DNA of 64,000 bases, from the NCBI RefSeq assembly GCF_009914755.1, contig NC_060940.1. One strand, 5' to 3'. The translations under genes and the position numbers were made by a program. Shown in pieces: positions 1 through 17,289 of this stretch. Origin of the DNA: the human T2T-CHM13v2.0 reference genome, Homo sapiens. Below the pieces are notes generated by a model. It saw only the letters and a list, made by a program, of their open reading frames with translations. It did no database searches and was not told the origin of the DNA. Positions within the stretch are counted from its first letter, which is position 1. Each line of letters opens with the position of its first letter.

Positions 1-280
1 CTATCAATGGGAAATACTGATTTCAGTGATCATATATTAATACCACCCGTTAACAAATACACAGATAAAACCTTTCTTTGCACATTCAACCGTATCAGTA
101 ATATAATGGCACTGATTCAGTACATAACAGATGCTCACTATATAATTCTGAATATAGGAAAAAGCTCGATTCTCTCATTCCTTCCTCCAAGTATTTCTAT
201 ATATTTGAGATAGACAAAAATAGATGCATATGTGCATTCACGACTTCTTTATCCACTCTGATTATTAAAAACATTGTGTC

Positions 281-827
<547 letters not shown>

Positions 828-1108
828 TTACTTTCAATATTGGTGCATTTGAGGAGAGAAAAAATATTGGGGGACACGTTATTAATGTAAAAGACTGTCA
901 GAAACACCAGAGGGAGACTCGGATTCCAAAAGTTTCTTTAAATGATAAATATGTAGACTTCACTTTGTCATATTATGAAGTGCTGACATTAAAGAAATAA
1001 ATTGATTTTTAATTATTTTTGCATGTGAGAACTGAGGGTACTTTGAAAGTGACCTTGTGCTAGGATAAAGTCTTGTTGCAGTTCAGCATTGCACAAATTA
1101 TTTACCTA

Positions 1109-1111
<3 letters not shown>

Positions 1112-1159
<48 letters not shown>
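1112..1159. repeat. (TG)n microsatellite
   Basis: ~24 TG units seen directly. Confidence 0.97.
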
Positions 1160-1162
<3 letters not shown>

Positions 1163-1306
1163 ATGTCTGTCCTTGCAAGTTGGGAGTAGGAGGAGAGAAC
1201 TGGGGAGAGAGGATGGAAGGATGGAATGCCGCTGTGTTCCTGCTGGCTGAGTTTTAGTCATCTATAGGTAAGGTTTTTTTAAAATACCTGGTCATTTTCT
1301 TCAGGG

Positions 1307-1809
1307 TGCAGGACAATTTTCTGGATGGCCTTGAACCAATTCAGTTCTCCCTGCTTTCTCTCCTGTACTGTTCAAGAATAACTGTAGAATGTGATGGGAA
1401 TGCAACATCCTGAGATATGGAAAGACTGGTCAGACAGCCTGGGCTCTGTTCCTGTCCCTCCTACAAACAAGATGCCCTTCAACATTTGAGCCTAGTGTGT
1501 CCTGTTCCCCAGGTTATAAATCCTAAGGCAGACTGTTTTCTGGGGTCCCTTGGTAGCAGTACAAGTGGGGCATGCACAGACGAGACTTCATCCACCCTGT
1601 GCAGCATTACTGAGCCTTGGAGATAGGCTCATCATGAATCCTAGGCTTCTGTTGTCCCTTGCTGCCTATCTGTAAGTAACAAATCCACATGTTGTAGCTT
1701 GTTATGTATGTGAACATTCTATCTCACCAGACTCAGGCAAGGAGTAAAAGTACAGCCCAAGATGCAGTGAACTGAAGTGGTACCTAGTACATAGTGAACC
1801 TTCTTTGCA
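1307..1809 (+). mobile_element. Solo LTR, LTR47-like (ERVL)
   Basis: TG...CA termini with 5-bp TSD caggg (1302-1306 / 1810-1814); start tgcaggacaattttctggatggccttg and motif aagaataactgtagaatgtg resemble LTR47 as recalled. Confidence 0.8.
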
Positions 1810-1959
1810 CAGGGTACTGAACAATTCTGGCAAGAAGTAAAGCTGTAAAGTTGGTGACAAGATCTTCCCTACATCTACAGGAACTGCCTCTGTGAGGACT
1901 TTAGACCTAAGCCCTGGAAGAAACAGGGGTGTCAAGAGTAGCAGAACTCGTAGAATAGT

Positions 1960-2332
1960 CCATAGACCCCTGGCGATCTCTAAGACTCTTCCCAGGCAAC
2001 CAGGAGGTCAAAGTTATTTGCTTTTTTTTTTTTTTTTTTTACCGTACTGACATTTGTACTGATGTACATGTAATGATGGGTACAACTGCTGCCACCTTAG
2101 TACCAATCAACACAGTGCCAACAACTGTACTAAGAGTCATAGAACTCTTCATTACTCACTCTCAGGATTAAAAAAAAAAAATCCAGTTTCACGTAAGAGT
2201 GTCTTTCATTATGCAGTAAAAAATATTTTTATTAACTCTCAGCCCTATGTACTTATATTAGTAATAATCTGTAATGAAAGGGGAGTACACACAAACCACT
2301 TCTGGTACATACCGAACTATGAGTGTCGACTC
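1960..2332 (+). mobile_element. Charlie1-type hAT DNA transposon relic, left part (split by the L1)
   Basis: Motifs gacatttgtactgatg, ccagtttcacgtaagagtgtc and cacttctggtacataccgaa resemble Charlie1a/b; left boundary approximate. Confidence 0.7.
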
Positions 2333-2358
2333 AAGAGTGTAGCCTGGAGAGGTGATCA

Positions 2359-3262
2359 GGGAGGAGCCAAGATGGCCGAATAGGAACAGCTCCGGTCTAC
2401 AGCTCCCAGCGTGAGCGACGCAGAAGACGGGTGATTTCTGCATTTCCATCTGAGGTACCCGGTTCATCTCACTAGGGAGTGCCAGACAGTGGGCGCAGGT
2501 CAGTGGGTGCGCGCACCATGCGCGAGCCGAAGCAGGGCGAGGCATTGCCTCACTTGGGAAGCGCAAGGGGTCAGGGAGTTCCCTTTCCGAGTCAAAGAAA
2601 GGGGTGACAGACGGCACCTGGAAAATCGGGTTACTCCCACCCGAATACTGCGCTTTTCCAACGGGCTTAAAAAACGGTGCACCACGAGATTATATCTGGC
2701 ACCTGGCTCGGAGGGTCCTACGCCCACGGAGTCTCCCTGGTTGCTAGCACAGCAGTCTGAGATCAAACTGCAAGGCGGCAGCGAGGCTGGGGGAGGGGCG
2801 CCCGCCATTGCCCAGGCTTGCTTAGGTAAACAAAGCAGCCGGGAAGCTCCAACTGGGTGGAGCCCACCACAGCTCAAGGAGGCCTGCCTGCCTCTGTAGG
2901 CTCCACCTCTGGGGGCAGGGCACAGACAAACAAAAAGACAGCAGTAACCTCTGTAGACTTAAATGTCCCTGTCTGACAGCTTTGAAGAGAGCAGTGGTTC
3001 TCCCAGCACGCAGCTGGAGATCTGAGAACCGGCAGACTGCCTCTTCAAGTGGGTCCCTGACCCTGACCCCCGAGCAGCCTAACTGGGAGGCACCCCCCAG
3101 CAGGGGCATACTGACACCTCACACGGCAGGGTATTCCAACAGACCTGCAGCTGAGGGTCCTGTCTGTTAGAAGGAAAACTAACAAACAGAAAGGACATCC
3201 ACACCGAAAACCCATCTGTACATCACCATCATCAAAGACCAAAAGTAGATAAAACCACAAAG
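2359..3262 (+). promoter_or_regulatory. L1 5'UTR: CpG-rich internal sense promoter (YY1 site) and antisense promoter
   Basis: caagatggcc YY1 motif at ~2368; the only CpG-rich stretch in the window outside Alus; promoter role is established L1 knowledge. Confidence 0.85.
2500..2808 (-). CDS. L1 ORF0-like antisense ORF (102 aa, C-terminally extended)
   Basis: MAGAPPPASLPPCSLISDCCASNQ... matches the primate L1 ORF0 N-terminus; ATG at 2808-2806. Confidence 0.65.
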   Translation of the reverse strand: MAGAPPPASLPPCSLISDCCASNQGDSVGVGPSEPGARYNLVVHRFLSPLEKRSIRVGVTRFSRCRLSPLSLTRKGNSLTPCASQVRQCLALLRLAHGARTH

Positions 3263-5104
<1,842 letters not shown>

Positions 5105-5354
5105 ACAATGAGAACACATGGACACAGGAAGGGGAACATCACACTCTGGGGACTGTTGTGGGGTGGGGGGAGGGGGGAGGGATAGCATTGGGAGATATAC
5201 CTAATGCTAGATGACGAGTTGGTGGGTGCACCGCACCAGCATGGCACATGTATACATATGTAACTAACCTGCACAATGTGCACATGTACCTTAAAACTTA
5301 AAGTATAATAATAATAATAATAATAATAAAAGAAAAAAAAAAGAGTGTAGCCTG

Positions 5355-5790
5355 ATTGTTTCATTTGTAAGCTGAACTAACCACTTTATTTGTAAAACCT
5401 CATGTTCTTGAAAAAAACAACTGAAAGCAAACTATGGCTATTCTGACTTCTGTATTTAGCAGATATTTTATCCAAAATAAATACAACTAGCTTATTCTTT
5501 TAAAGATAACCAACCATAGTTACCCACATCAAAATCTGAGCTTTCTAGCAAATACTCGAATTTCAGAAAATCTGTCCCCGAACAGAAACTTCTAAATACT
5601 TAAATATTTTTCTGTGAAATTGCTGATGTTACAGAATATGATTTTTTGATACTGTATAATAAAATCTGGAAGTTCTACATAGCTCAGTAAACCAGTATTT
5701 CCCAAATACATGATGTTAGAAAATTATTAATCAGCAAAAGAGCCATTACAAGTGCAAAAGAGCAGGGCATGGTAATCTAAGCACTTTGGA
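5355..5790 (+). mobile_element. Charlie1-type hAT relic, right part
   Basis: aagctgaactaacc...aaactatggctattctgactt...ctcagtaaaccagtattttccc continues the Charlie1 sequence directly after the L1 TSD. Confidence 0.7.
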
Positions 5791-5805
5791 TTTTGAGGTC
5801 ATGGG

Positions 5806-6289
<484 letters not shown>

Positions 6290-6919
6290 TCAATACTGTA
6301 GTGCACTTTAAGGAAATAAACAGCATGCACTCCTAAATATTTTCCATGCAAATTTTGTGTAAAAAACAATCACCTTCTAAAGATATTTTTATTATATGAG
6401 GAATTCGCGTTTACTGTAGAATATGTGGCAAATTAAATAAGCATACAGAGCAAAATAAAACACTCCACCCAGAGGCAACCATCTCTTTATTATTTATATA
6501 AAAAGACATATAAAGAGAGAACTATGCTACACCTGAGACAGTATTTTATATACCATTTTGCATCCTGCTTTTTTCACTTTATTGTTTTTAGATAATGACA
6601 TGCCAATTTTATGTATAATTTGTATATAAATAATGTACATGTGAAAAACTTTTTTATGAAAGTTCTTTTTAGAGATCTGTTGATGAGAGGGACTTGAATT
6701 TTCATAACCATTCCCACTACTGTCCTATGTTGAGGCAATTTTCACTTTGTCATGCTTATAACTAATGCTATGTCCAGGTTTTTGATCCAGAAGCTGTCAA
6801 ATGTAGATTCATTCACATGGAAAAAATCTAAAATCCAGGCAATGATATAAATGTCTTTTTAAAACTCTAAAATTTATAAATCACATACAAATTTATGCAA
6901 TTTTGGAGTGGGGTATTTT

Positions 6920-7075
6920 TAAACTTTATTCTTATTGAGAATAGATGAATATAGTTCAAAGTACATGTGATAATTTAATACATTCATATAATTTGTAAAG
7001 AATAATTCACTGTACTTGGGATATCCATCACCTTAAATATTTGTATTTTCCTTATGCTAAAACCATTCAAATAAT
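6920..7075 (-). mobile_element. Old L1 (L1MA-like) 3' end fragment
   Basis: gtacatgtgataattt...gggatatccatcaccttaaatatt resembles an antisense L1MA 3'UTR. Confidence 0.6.
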
Positions 7076-7779
7076 TTATGCAGTCTGGCAAAATATAATT
7101 GCCCACCTTCTAACAGTTGAGAAATGAATAATAAAGCTTATTGACCGGTAACAAAATACATTGTGTCATGTTTCTACCAATAATTCATATATGATATTAA
7201 GCTGTATCAATGCTGTCTTATACGTTGCTTCATTTGATTTTTCCCACAACCCTGGGGAATTCTTCTGGCCATGAACAAAATTAGATAGCTTGAGGATTAG
7301 AACACAGGCGTCTTCATTCCAAATTCAACTCCTTTCATTCCACCGTCGGTCAGACACTCAATAAGTATTTTATTGTATAAAAAGCATTATCTGAACTAAA
7401 ATTAATTGATAATGGACATCCGCACTCAATCTTTTTAGTCCTCAGTGTCATCACTGATAACTTTTGCCATTAATAACCAATACAAGTAGCAGCATAACGT
7501 TTGGGAAAAAATTATAGGGTTGGCATCACAAAACATGGGTCTGAAAGCTTCAGTGTATGACCACAGGAAAGTCAAATTTATTTTGCTTTAATTTAATGAA
7601 TATTTTAGATATGAGGAAATAAACTCTTCCCTCTTTGAACTGTTGTGAATAATAAGTGAAATACTATATGTCACATATACAACATAAAGCTGGCATATTC
7701 AAGTTCCCTGACCAGAATATTGTCAGGTGAATATTGTCTCAGGTTATTATGAAGCCCTGGCAATCTAGATGGCTAGAGG

Positions 7780-7960
7780 ATATATATATATATACATCAC
7801 ATGTATATATATTTAAATATATATAAATATATGTGATGTATATATGTGATAAATATATAATATTTAAATATATATTATATATGTGATGTATATATTTGTG
7901 TATATATTTAAATATATTATATATTTACTATATATATTTAAATATATACACATATATATC
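7780..7960. repeat. Degenerate (TA)n-rich simple repeat
   Basis: Seen directly. Confidence 0.9.
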
Positions 7961-7971
7961 TCTTTAGAACA

Positions 7972-8145
7972 GGGTAAACTTCTGCAAGCATCAGAATCAT
8001 GGGTATCAGAATCATAAGTAAAAACACAGATTACTGGGCCCTCTCTAGCAATTTTGGGATGGGACCAAAAAAAAACTTGGATTTCTAAGAAGTTCCTGGG
8101 TGATGCTAATATTGTTGATCCAGGCACCACACTATGAGGACCGCT
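7972..8145. mobile_element. MER5A-like hAT-Charlie MITE
   Basis: gcatcagaatca...aaaacacagattactgggccc...aagttcctgggtgatgct...accacact. Confidence 0.75.
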
Positions 8146-9994
8146 GACTTCGAGATCAAAAAGTTATTCCTTTCTGTGGTTGTTGTTGTGTTGTTGTCGT
8201 TTTAATCCTGATACTCTAAGTGGGATGGTATTATTTGGCAATGCCACTTTTAATAAGTGGTTCGAAATGTTTCCATTAGGGAATAATCAATTTTAGGTTC
8301 CAAACATTTTTTGGGACTTTTGAACATTCACTTCTGAATACTAAAACACTTGATTATGTTGAAATATACACAACCCTTTAACAATTATTTATAATACTTC
8401 TACTGTGTGCACAGCCTATAGGTTCTCACGCATCATCTTGTTAGAGGCCATAGCAGATTCCCATTCTTCTTACAGAGTTAAATATCAGGCCAAAGTTACC
8501 TGCTCACCCAGATACACAGGTACATGGGATATTTAATAACAAAATTCCTTCCCCACCTCTGACCTCTACATTCACTACTGAAAGTTGTTGAAAATAATAA
8601 GCTTGCTAGACTTCATCAGTGTGTTCTCGTGTGAAGGTTAAAGAGCATCATACTCAAAAATTGCAGTCATGAATATACAGGATCTTGGTGATTGATGGAA
8701 CAATATAATCAGAAGAAATGAATATTAGTTTCTGTTTTTTTTTTTAAAAGAAACACTTAAACTAAAAACCTTCTTATCCACGTAGTCATCTTTAGTTACT
8801 GCAATTCTAAAATTCAACCTTCTATTTTTGGCCTCTCCTCCTGTTTGGGCAGAATAAATCAATAAATAAAAACGGTTTAAATAAAGAGCTGTTAATTGTC
8901 CTGAGGAGGATTATTTGTAAGACACTCTTAATGTAGGATTTCCATAGAGTTGCTAATTGTTCCGTACTTTGAAATTCGTCGTTCTGAGAATGAGATGCAG
9001 TTGGTAATGTAAATATCAACCAGGTAGAGGGTGTTACTCTGTATTAGCATCCAGATTATTATTCAGTCATAATTAATACGCTCCTAAAATAAAGTGTTGA
9101 CAGCACTCCTATTCAATCATATAGCATATGTTTATAGTCTCACACATTGAGGTACACACATAATTACAATATATGTGTGAGAAAAATTGCTGAGGCAGTC
9201 CAAGAAGCTGTGCTTACACTAATTGAAAACTGCCATTGTCCAATTAAAGCAGGTGAGACCACAGGGTGGCAACACTGTCAAAAGCCAATCAGACATGGCC
9301 ACGCTGGTTAAATTACAAGACAAAATAAAATAAGAAGAGCAAACAAGATTTTGTTTTTCTTGTTGTGGTTGTTTTAATAGAACACTGAGAAGCTAATGGC
9401 AATCAAGATACTCATTGTTTCTCCTTACCCCAGTTAAGAATTAATCTCAATAAAATACTATATTATTACAGAAAATATTGAGTAGCTCAAAAGCACAAGG
9501 CTCACCTTTCACCAAAATTGATGCTATCAGAAGGAGGAGAAACATTATTTTTACTGTTAGAGATGTGACTTTGATGACTTTAGAGAAGCTAAAGGAGTGT
9601 GCTATTACAATTTGTTTTATTTCTATTTTTCTCCATTAGGCCTCATTAGGAAATAATTAATGCATCATGTGTAATTACAGAAGAATCACTCCACACTCAT
9701 TTCAAAGCATCAAGCAACATGAATTTCAAGGGGAGTTTAAAGTAGGGTCACTCATCTGCAAGAGCACAATATACTACTCCTTTGAGGAAATGTATGTCAT
9801 AAAATGTTAAATTCAAGACTCATAGTAAATATCCACTTACTCCATAAATGTTTTGACTTCTGAAGTATTTTTTTAGCAGGACACAACAAAGCAAAACAGA
9901 GTCTCTAACATTATTATTTCAAAGGTGACTCCAACCAGGATCAGGTCAGAAAGTAGCAGAGAAAAGAGGAAAAGATGGAGAAAGAAGAAAGCAA

Positions 9995-10200
9995 TAAACG
10001 TATATTGAGAATCTACTATATACCATATACTGTTCAAATTGCTTTACATACATTACTTCATCCTTACTATACCTTCACAAGGTTGTTTCTTTTTTCTCAT
10101 TTGATCAATGAGAAATCTGAGATTCAGAGTAGATAAGTAACCTGCTCCAAGCCACACAAACTAATAAGAAGCAGAATCATAAAATGTTGATTTGGGACTC
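9995..10200 (-). mobile_element. MIR relic
   Basis: gagaaatctgagattcagag...aagtaacctgctccaagccacaca resembles the MIR core. Confidence 0.6.
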
Positions 10201-10205
10201 AGAAG

Positions 10206-10207
<2 letters not shown>

Positions 10208-10247
<40 letters not shown>
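10208..10247. repeat. (GT)n microsatellite
   Basis: Seen directly. Confidence 0.95.
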
Positions 10248-10250
<3 letters not shown>

Positions 10251-11144
10251 CATTTACCTTACAAGTGGGAAAATAAAATCTATGTTCCAAATATGGGAAG
10301 AATGAAATAGAATAAACATTCATTGAGGTTTGATCCTTTGGCAGATAATTTAAATCACAAGACAAAAAAATAAGAAAACAGATATTTGAACCCAAGTATG
10401 CCTGACAGCAGCCCATTAATCTCCAATACTTCACATTCCTTTCCAAAGTCTTCTGATTTATTTGTAGACAGTTTTTCTTCCTGTCTTTGTAACACCTTCA
10501 AATTAACACCCTGATCTGTGTCCTTGTTAGCTATTTTTCTAAAGGGTCAGCTCCTGCATTCACCAACAGATGAAAACCATTAGGTGGTAGAAGGACTTTT
10601 TTATATCCTTAGGGTTCTGTGACACCTGACAGATGGAGCATATGCCCACAAACAACCCAGCATTTAAGCAATTGTTGTCTGTGCAACAGAGACAGGCAGA
10701 ATGCAGTGTGCTCAGTCACAGGAGGCACTGTTAAAGGATTCATAATTTTGATTCAATAGATTCCATTATTTCTTTTGTGAGTCTACATGAGTCTCTTTAA
10801 TAGTAACGGCAATTTTATGTAGACTCACGCTGGAGACTGGCATCTAGGGTGTGCTGAGCTAATGGCAAGGTTTGGGAGGAAAAATGGATACAAAGGGTCT
10901 CATTTAAGATATTATGTACTTTTTATTTGAAGTGGCTAATTACTGCCATTGAACTCTGCCATTCATACCTTTCATGACAATTTCAAGGATAAAGAGTAAA
11001 AAACAACAGACACATTAGAAGGCATTGCATGAGTCATCGCCTGTTATCTGAGTGCTCCACCAGTTAGCCTTGGAGATCATTCATATTCATTTCTCTCCTT
11101 TTTTCATTTTGCCTTGATTCACTTGTCATGTAATTCAATATCCT

Positions 11145-11355
11145 TGTACAGTAGAAAGAATATGGGTTTTGAAGTTATTCAGTCCTCAACCCCAATCCCA
11201 GCTTTGCGATTTAAATATCAGGTAACTTCAGACAAATCATTTTACTTCTCTTAGCTTCAGTTTCTATATTGCTACAGGGATAATACTATTTTATGGAGTC
11301 AGTATGGGGTTTACATTAACTAGAAGTATGCCTGTTAACTGGAAATAGTAGGTAC
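11145..11355 (+). mobile_element. MIR relic
   Basis: cagtagaaagaatatgggttttg...aatcccagct...cttcagtttct. Confidence 0.55.
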
Positions 11356-12775
11356 ATGGGTGTAGATATAAGTATAGTAGATACAGATCTTGATTTGCTA
11401 AACATTATTTTATTTCTCCTTCCTTAGGTCTTACACTAAACACACACACACTGTACATATTTTTAATGTTAAATCATAGATATTATATATGTATATTTAT
11501 AAGTATAAATATTTGTAAACTAATTCTAGAATTCTATTTGAAATAATGCTAAAACTGCAATTATAATTTTAGTTAGATATATGCCTCCTAGACAAATATC
11601 AAAAGGTTAATAATTACTTAATATTTCCACATAAAAGTCACATTATTCACTAGTTCCATGACTCAAAACTAGGCTTTCTGTGTTATTCAAATCATGAGTA
11701 ATGTTGGGGTCAGGTGGCACCCCGTCAGGCACCCCATCAGGTGGCACCTAATGGCCCAGGCATCGTCAAACTCTGTGCCAGGGGCAGGATCTGTTGTGAT
11801 GCCTCAGTAGACATGGCATGAGGGGCCCAGTGGCCAACATGGCTACCGCATGATACTGAAGCCTCAATGTATCCATTTCAAATATATTTGTTGAAGATAT
11901 TGTTTAACAAGAAGAGTAGGCTAGTTAAAATATTTGAAAATCATTGCTGTGGATACACTAATACCTATCCCTACACTACATACGAACACATGAGAGCTCC
12001 ATTGCAATATTATTTGTATAACCAGTCCTTCCCTTCGGTAAAGTTAGTTCCACTGAATTGCATTTTGCATGCAATAGTTGCACTTTTGTGACCTACATTA
12101 AGGAATGCTAGAAATTAAAAGTCCTATGAAATACCTCACTGTGGTATTACATGGCTGGTTTTAAGGACATTGCTCATTACAGCACCTACTGTACCACTAA
12201 CAGAAAATACTTAGGGCAAAACAAGTAGTCCCAACAATAAGACAGTAACCAAATTTCTTGATGTGAATCAGTTTATTTTATCTTTTAGGTACTTTGATTT
12301 GTACTACTCATCAACTTTCACACTTCACGATGAATACTGTGAATCTGAGAGTCAAATTTTTGGCCCTGTCAAAACCAAAGTTAAAGGAATTCTATTACAT
12401 AATGTTGCATATTAGCTACATTTACTATGCCAGTTTTGCTCTTTCATGAAGAAACCTTGTCAGCTCTAAGACATGAGATAAGAAAGCTTGTGCCATCTAT
12501 GGCTCTTGACTGTCCTGGGTAACTGCATCTATCATGTCCCTGCACTATACCTCCTCAGTTGCTGCCTATCTCACCTCCAACTCTAAACCTGGAGACAAGG
12601 ACTGCACCCCTAGCCACTGAGTGTTGTAACCTCTTGATTCTAACAGTGGCCACTGTACTAATGCTCCCACTAACCATAAATAGTAGAGGTTTAGCATTAT
12701 TTTAAATGAGCAAATGGAAATCACACTTTATTTTAGACACACTATGAAAATGGGTGATATAAGGACTCTTTATAG

Positions 12776-13263
<488 letters not shown>

Positions 13264-13602
13264 TGTTTTTAGGTTTTTACCTGTTGTAAACTCCTGTGTT
13301 ATGTATTTTCTATGTATAAGCATCTTGAACCTTGGTTTCCTATTCTGTACGGAATGGATGAAATTACATATCTAGTAGCTTTGGTATCAACACAGTCATC
13401 CTGAATCCAGAGCTCTTTCTCTTAACCATGTGACCAAAACAAAAATCTGACTACAAAAGGTTTGGGCTAGGTGTTTTCATTCTCAACTATCTCAGAAAGG
13501 GTTGGCTGTTCGCCTACATGGATTCGAGATTCTTATGAAGAGACCTATTATACTGACTGAGCTTACCAGCAGTGATTTCCAACAAATCCACAAATGGACT
13601 TA

Positions 13603-13977
<375 letters not shown>

Positions 13978-14320
13978 TCAAAACACATGTCAATTACATG
14001 ACTCAGCCAAAAGCCAATATTAAATAAAGTATAGTCATAAGTCAGTTTAACATACGCAGAGTTTGTTCTTCTATGACTCTGTTCCATAACAAATATATGT
14101 AAGAGATGGCATTTAAACAGAAGGTTGATTGTTAATCAGTTTGTAATCACAGTAGTGATTATAACTGAGAGCTGAAAAACAACTACTTACTTATATTTGT
14201 ATTATCCAGTGCCAAGAGTAAGAGAAACATTTAAAGTAAAAAGAGCTGTCAACAGTAAAGGTAAAAATTTTATTAATAGAGTGATTGCCCAGGATTTTCT
14301 TGTTTAAATTAACTAAAGTT

Positions 14321-14325
<5 letters not shown>

Positions 14326-14362
<37 letters not shown>
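14326..14362. repeat. (CA)n microsatellite
   Basis: Seen directly. Confidence 0.95.
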
Positions 14363-14363
<1 letters not shown>

Positions 14364-15209
14364 CTATGTATACGCAGGCATTTTTTAATGAGAAATTCAA
14401 ATTTATTATGTTTAAGTGCATATAATCTTTAGATGCAAATTAATGAACTGTTGCTAGGATGCACCCCAACTTAAGAACAGGATAAGAATGATTTGAATTT
14501 AGCACATTAAGTCACTGACCTTTGCTTACACTACAACTAGATGGCCTATTTGTCAGTGCACCCTTGAAAAGTATTTGAAAGTAGCTTATTTCTTCTATGC
14601 CAAAAGGACTGTAGGTTTACAACCCTGCATTGACCTTTTGAATTCTGAATTCATCATTCACAAACCTTAGGAGACACTTGCTTTGGGCTTAGAATATGTG
14701 TTAAGAACTATGTGGACCCTTTATTTCATAAAAATAAGCCATAAACTCTTTTTCAGTCCTGGTAAAATAATTTCCAGATTTAAAATGCCTAAAGTAAGAG
14801 TTTGTACTATATCATTTATTTCTCCTTGGACCATTAAGGATTTTCTAACCACAATTTTGTCTAGTTAAGAAAAGTAGTCTCTAGATATTTGTCTGCAACA
14901 AAACAAAAAGCCATAAATGTCACCCCCAGCGAAATTCCTCGTGTTATTCTTCAATGTGTAGCTTGAATAGCCCAAGAGATAAAATGCAAGCTTTCAAAAA
15001 AGTCAAACTTGCTTCCAAATTGGGTTTGACTAGCTAAATGCTCATTTAGCCACATTATCAAATTAAACAAGTTACTGAATAGTCATGTCAAAGACAGTAC
15101 TTACTGCAGCATTTTCTGTGTATTTGATTACACCATTTCGAAATTGTGAGATATAAACGTACAGTAACAATATATCACTTAAAACGAAAAAGTTGAAATC
15201 ATGAGGACC

Positions 15210-15530
15210 TTTTGTTTTGTTTTGTTTTGTTTTGTTTCAGAACAGGGTTTCACTTTGTCGCCCAGGCCAGAGTGCAGTGGCGTGATCACTCCACTGTCAT
15301 CTCGAACTCCTGGGTTCAATCTATCCTCCCACCTCAGCCTTCCGAGTAGCTGAGGCCACGAGTGCACACAACCATGCACAGCTAATTTTTAAAAAATAAT
15401 TATTATTTTCGTAGAGACAGGAATCTCACTATGTTGCTCAGGCTGGTCTCAAACTCCTGGCTTCAAGTGATCCTTCCACCTCGGTTTCCCAAAGCACTGT
15501 GATTACAGGCATGAGCCATTGCACTCAGCC
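15210..15530 (-). mobile_element. AluJ (Jo-like)
   Basis: Antisense dimeric Alu with a (TTTTG)n tail. Confidence 0.9.
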
Positions 15531-15980
15531 TAATAAGGACTTTTCTAAAAAAAACATTCATTAGGAATCACCTGTTTCAGGGCATTCTGACTGAATGAAA
15601 TATAAGCAGTATGTTGCTCTTGTCACACTGCTGAGCCACTTTTCCTGGATATTAGAAACCCCCACTTTCCATGATCAGTAACTATGCCACCAATGTCATT
15701 TGGGCCCCTCAGAAAGATTGTGAGGGATTTCTCCCATTTTAATGTAAATGTTACATAAAAGTAACATTAATTGTAAATGTTAAGCAAAATGTTAGACAAA
15801 AATGCTACCCACAGTTATAAGACGTACCCTTAAAACATCTATAATACTAAAGGTGTGGTCCTAGGATTTCTGCTGAAAACATAACACAAACATGTTCGAG
15901 GGAGCTCATGCACATATACACAGATCTAACGTACAACTGGCTTAGAAGAGAAATGTGATAGAATATAATGAAAAAGCACA

Positions 15981-16287
<307 letters not shown>

Positions 16288-16861
16288 GAAAAAGCACAGA
16301 ATATTTCCATGACCATAACATATTATTAATTTAAAAGAGAGCACTCTGGGATCTATTAGAGATATTGCTAAAACAAAAGATGAAGCATTACTAAAACAAA
16401 AATGTAATTCAAAGATTTTGAATAGATGTACTCTAAAGGTGTGTTAAGAGTGTATATATTTGTTTCACCAAATATATGCTCCAAACAAGAGCATATTTAT
16501 GCTCCGTGTAAAAGTTAATCTGGAGTAATGTGATTTTTAATATATATAGTGTCCTTAAATATTGTACCACTCCCGTATAGTGACCCAGAACTCTCTCAGG
16601 CATACAGTAAAACAATAGTTTAAGAGTGGTGAAAGTTGTATCATTACTTATTTTCTGGGCCCCGCTTCTCATTTATTATTTTAAAAAGCAGTTGTTTCAT
16701 GACCCATTCTAAACCCTGTGGATATAAGAGTGAATACGTCAGAGTTGTTTCCTGTCTTCTATCAGCTCCTAGAACTTGATTTGAATTTCACAGGAAAAAA
16801 CACAGTAACTTTAAAATAAAAAATAACCAGTTGCAGGGAAAAAAGATCTCAACTTTTAGCC

Positions 16862-17035
16862 TAGTACTCTAAACTTTAATGTGGACCTGCATGCACCTCC
16901 TGGGAATCTTGTGAAAATACATATTTTGATTCAGCAGACCCAGGATGGGACCTGAGGTTTTTAATGTCTATGAAGCTTCCAGGTGATATTGAGGTTGTGA
17001 TCCAGGAAGCCGTTGGACACACTTTGAGAAGCAAT
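16862..17035. mobile_element. MER5 (A/B)-like MITE
   Basis: ctgggaatcttgtgaaaatacatattttgattcagcag...cacactttgagaagca. Confidence 0.7.
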
Positions 17036-17289
17036 GCAGAAATCCATTCTTTGGTCAGTATAAATGAGGGATAACCGCCCTTATTAAAAGGAAGTAATAT
17101 TGATCAAGGAGGCTGTTGTCTTCTTTCTTACTCCTAATAACACTGAGAGTGAGACCTTCTCATCTCTATTTTAAATATATGAAAAAGTAAAGAGAGACTG
17201 TACAGCCAAATTTAAATCTAGGTTCAGTCCAAAGCTCTTTGTCTTTCCAGTTAACCTCATTGTTCATCAAACGAAGAGAATCAATATTA

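Noticed and set aside
5147-5181. G-quadruplex motif
   Set aside because: Standard L1 3'UTR G-tract, not novel
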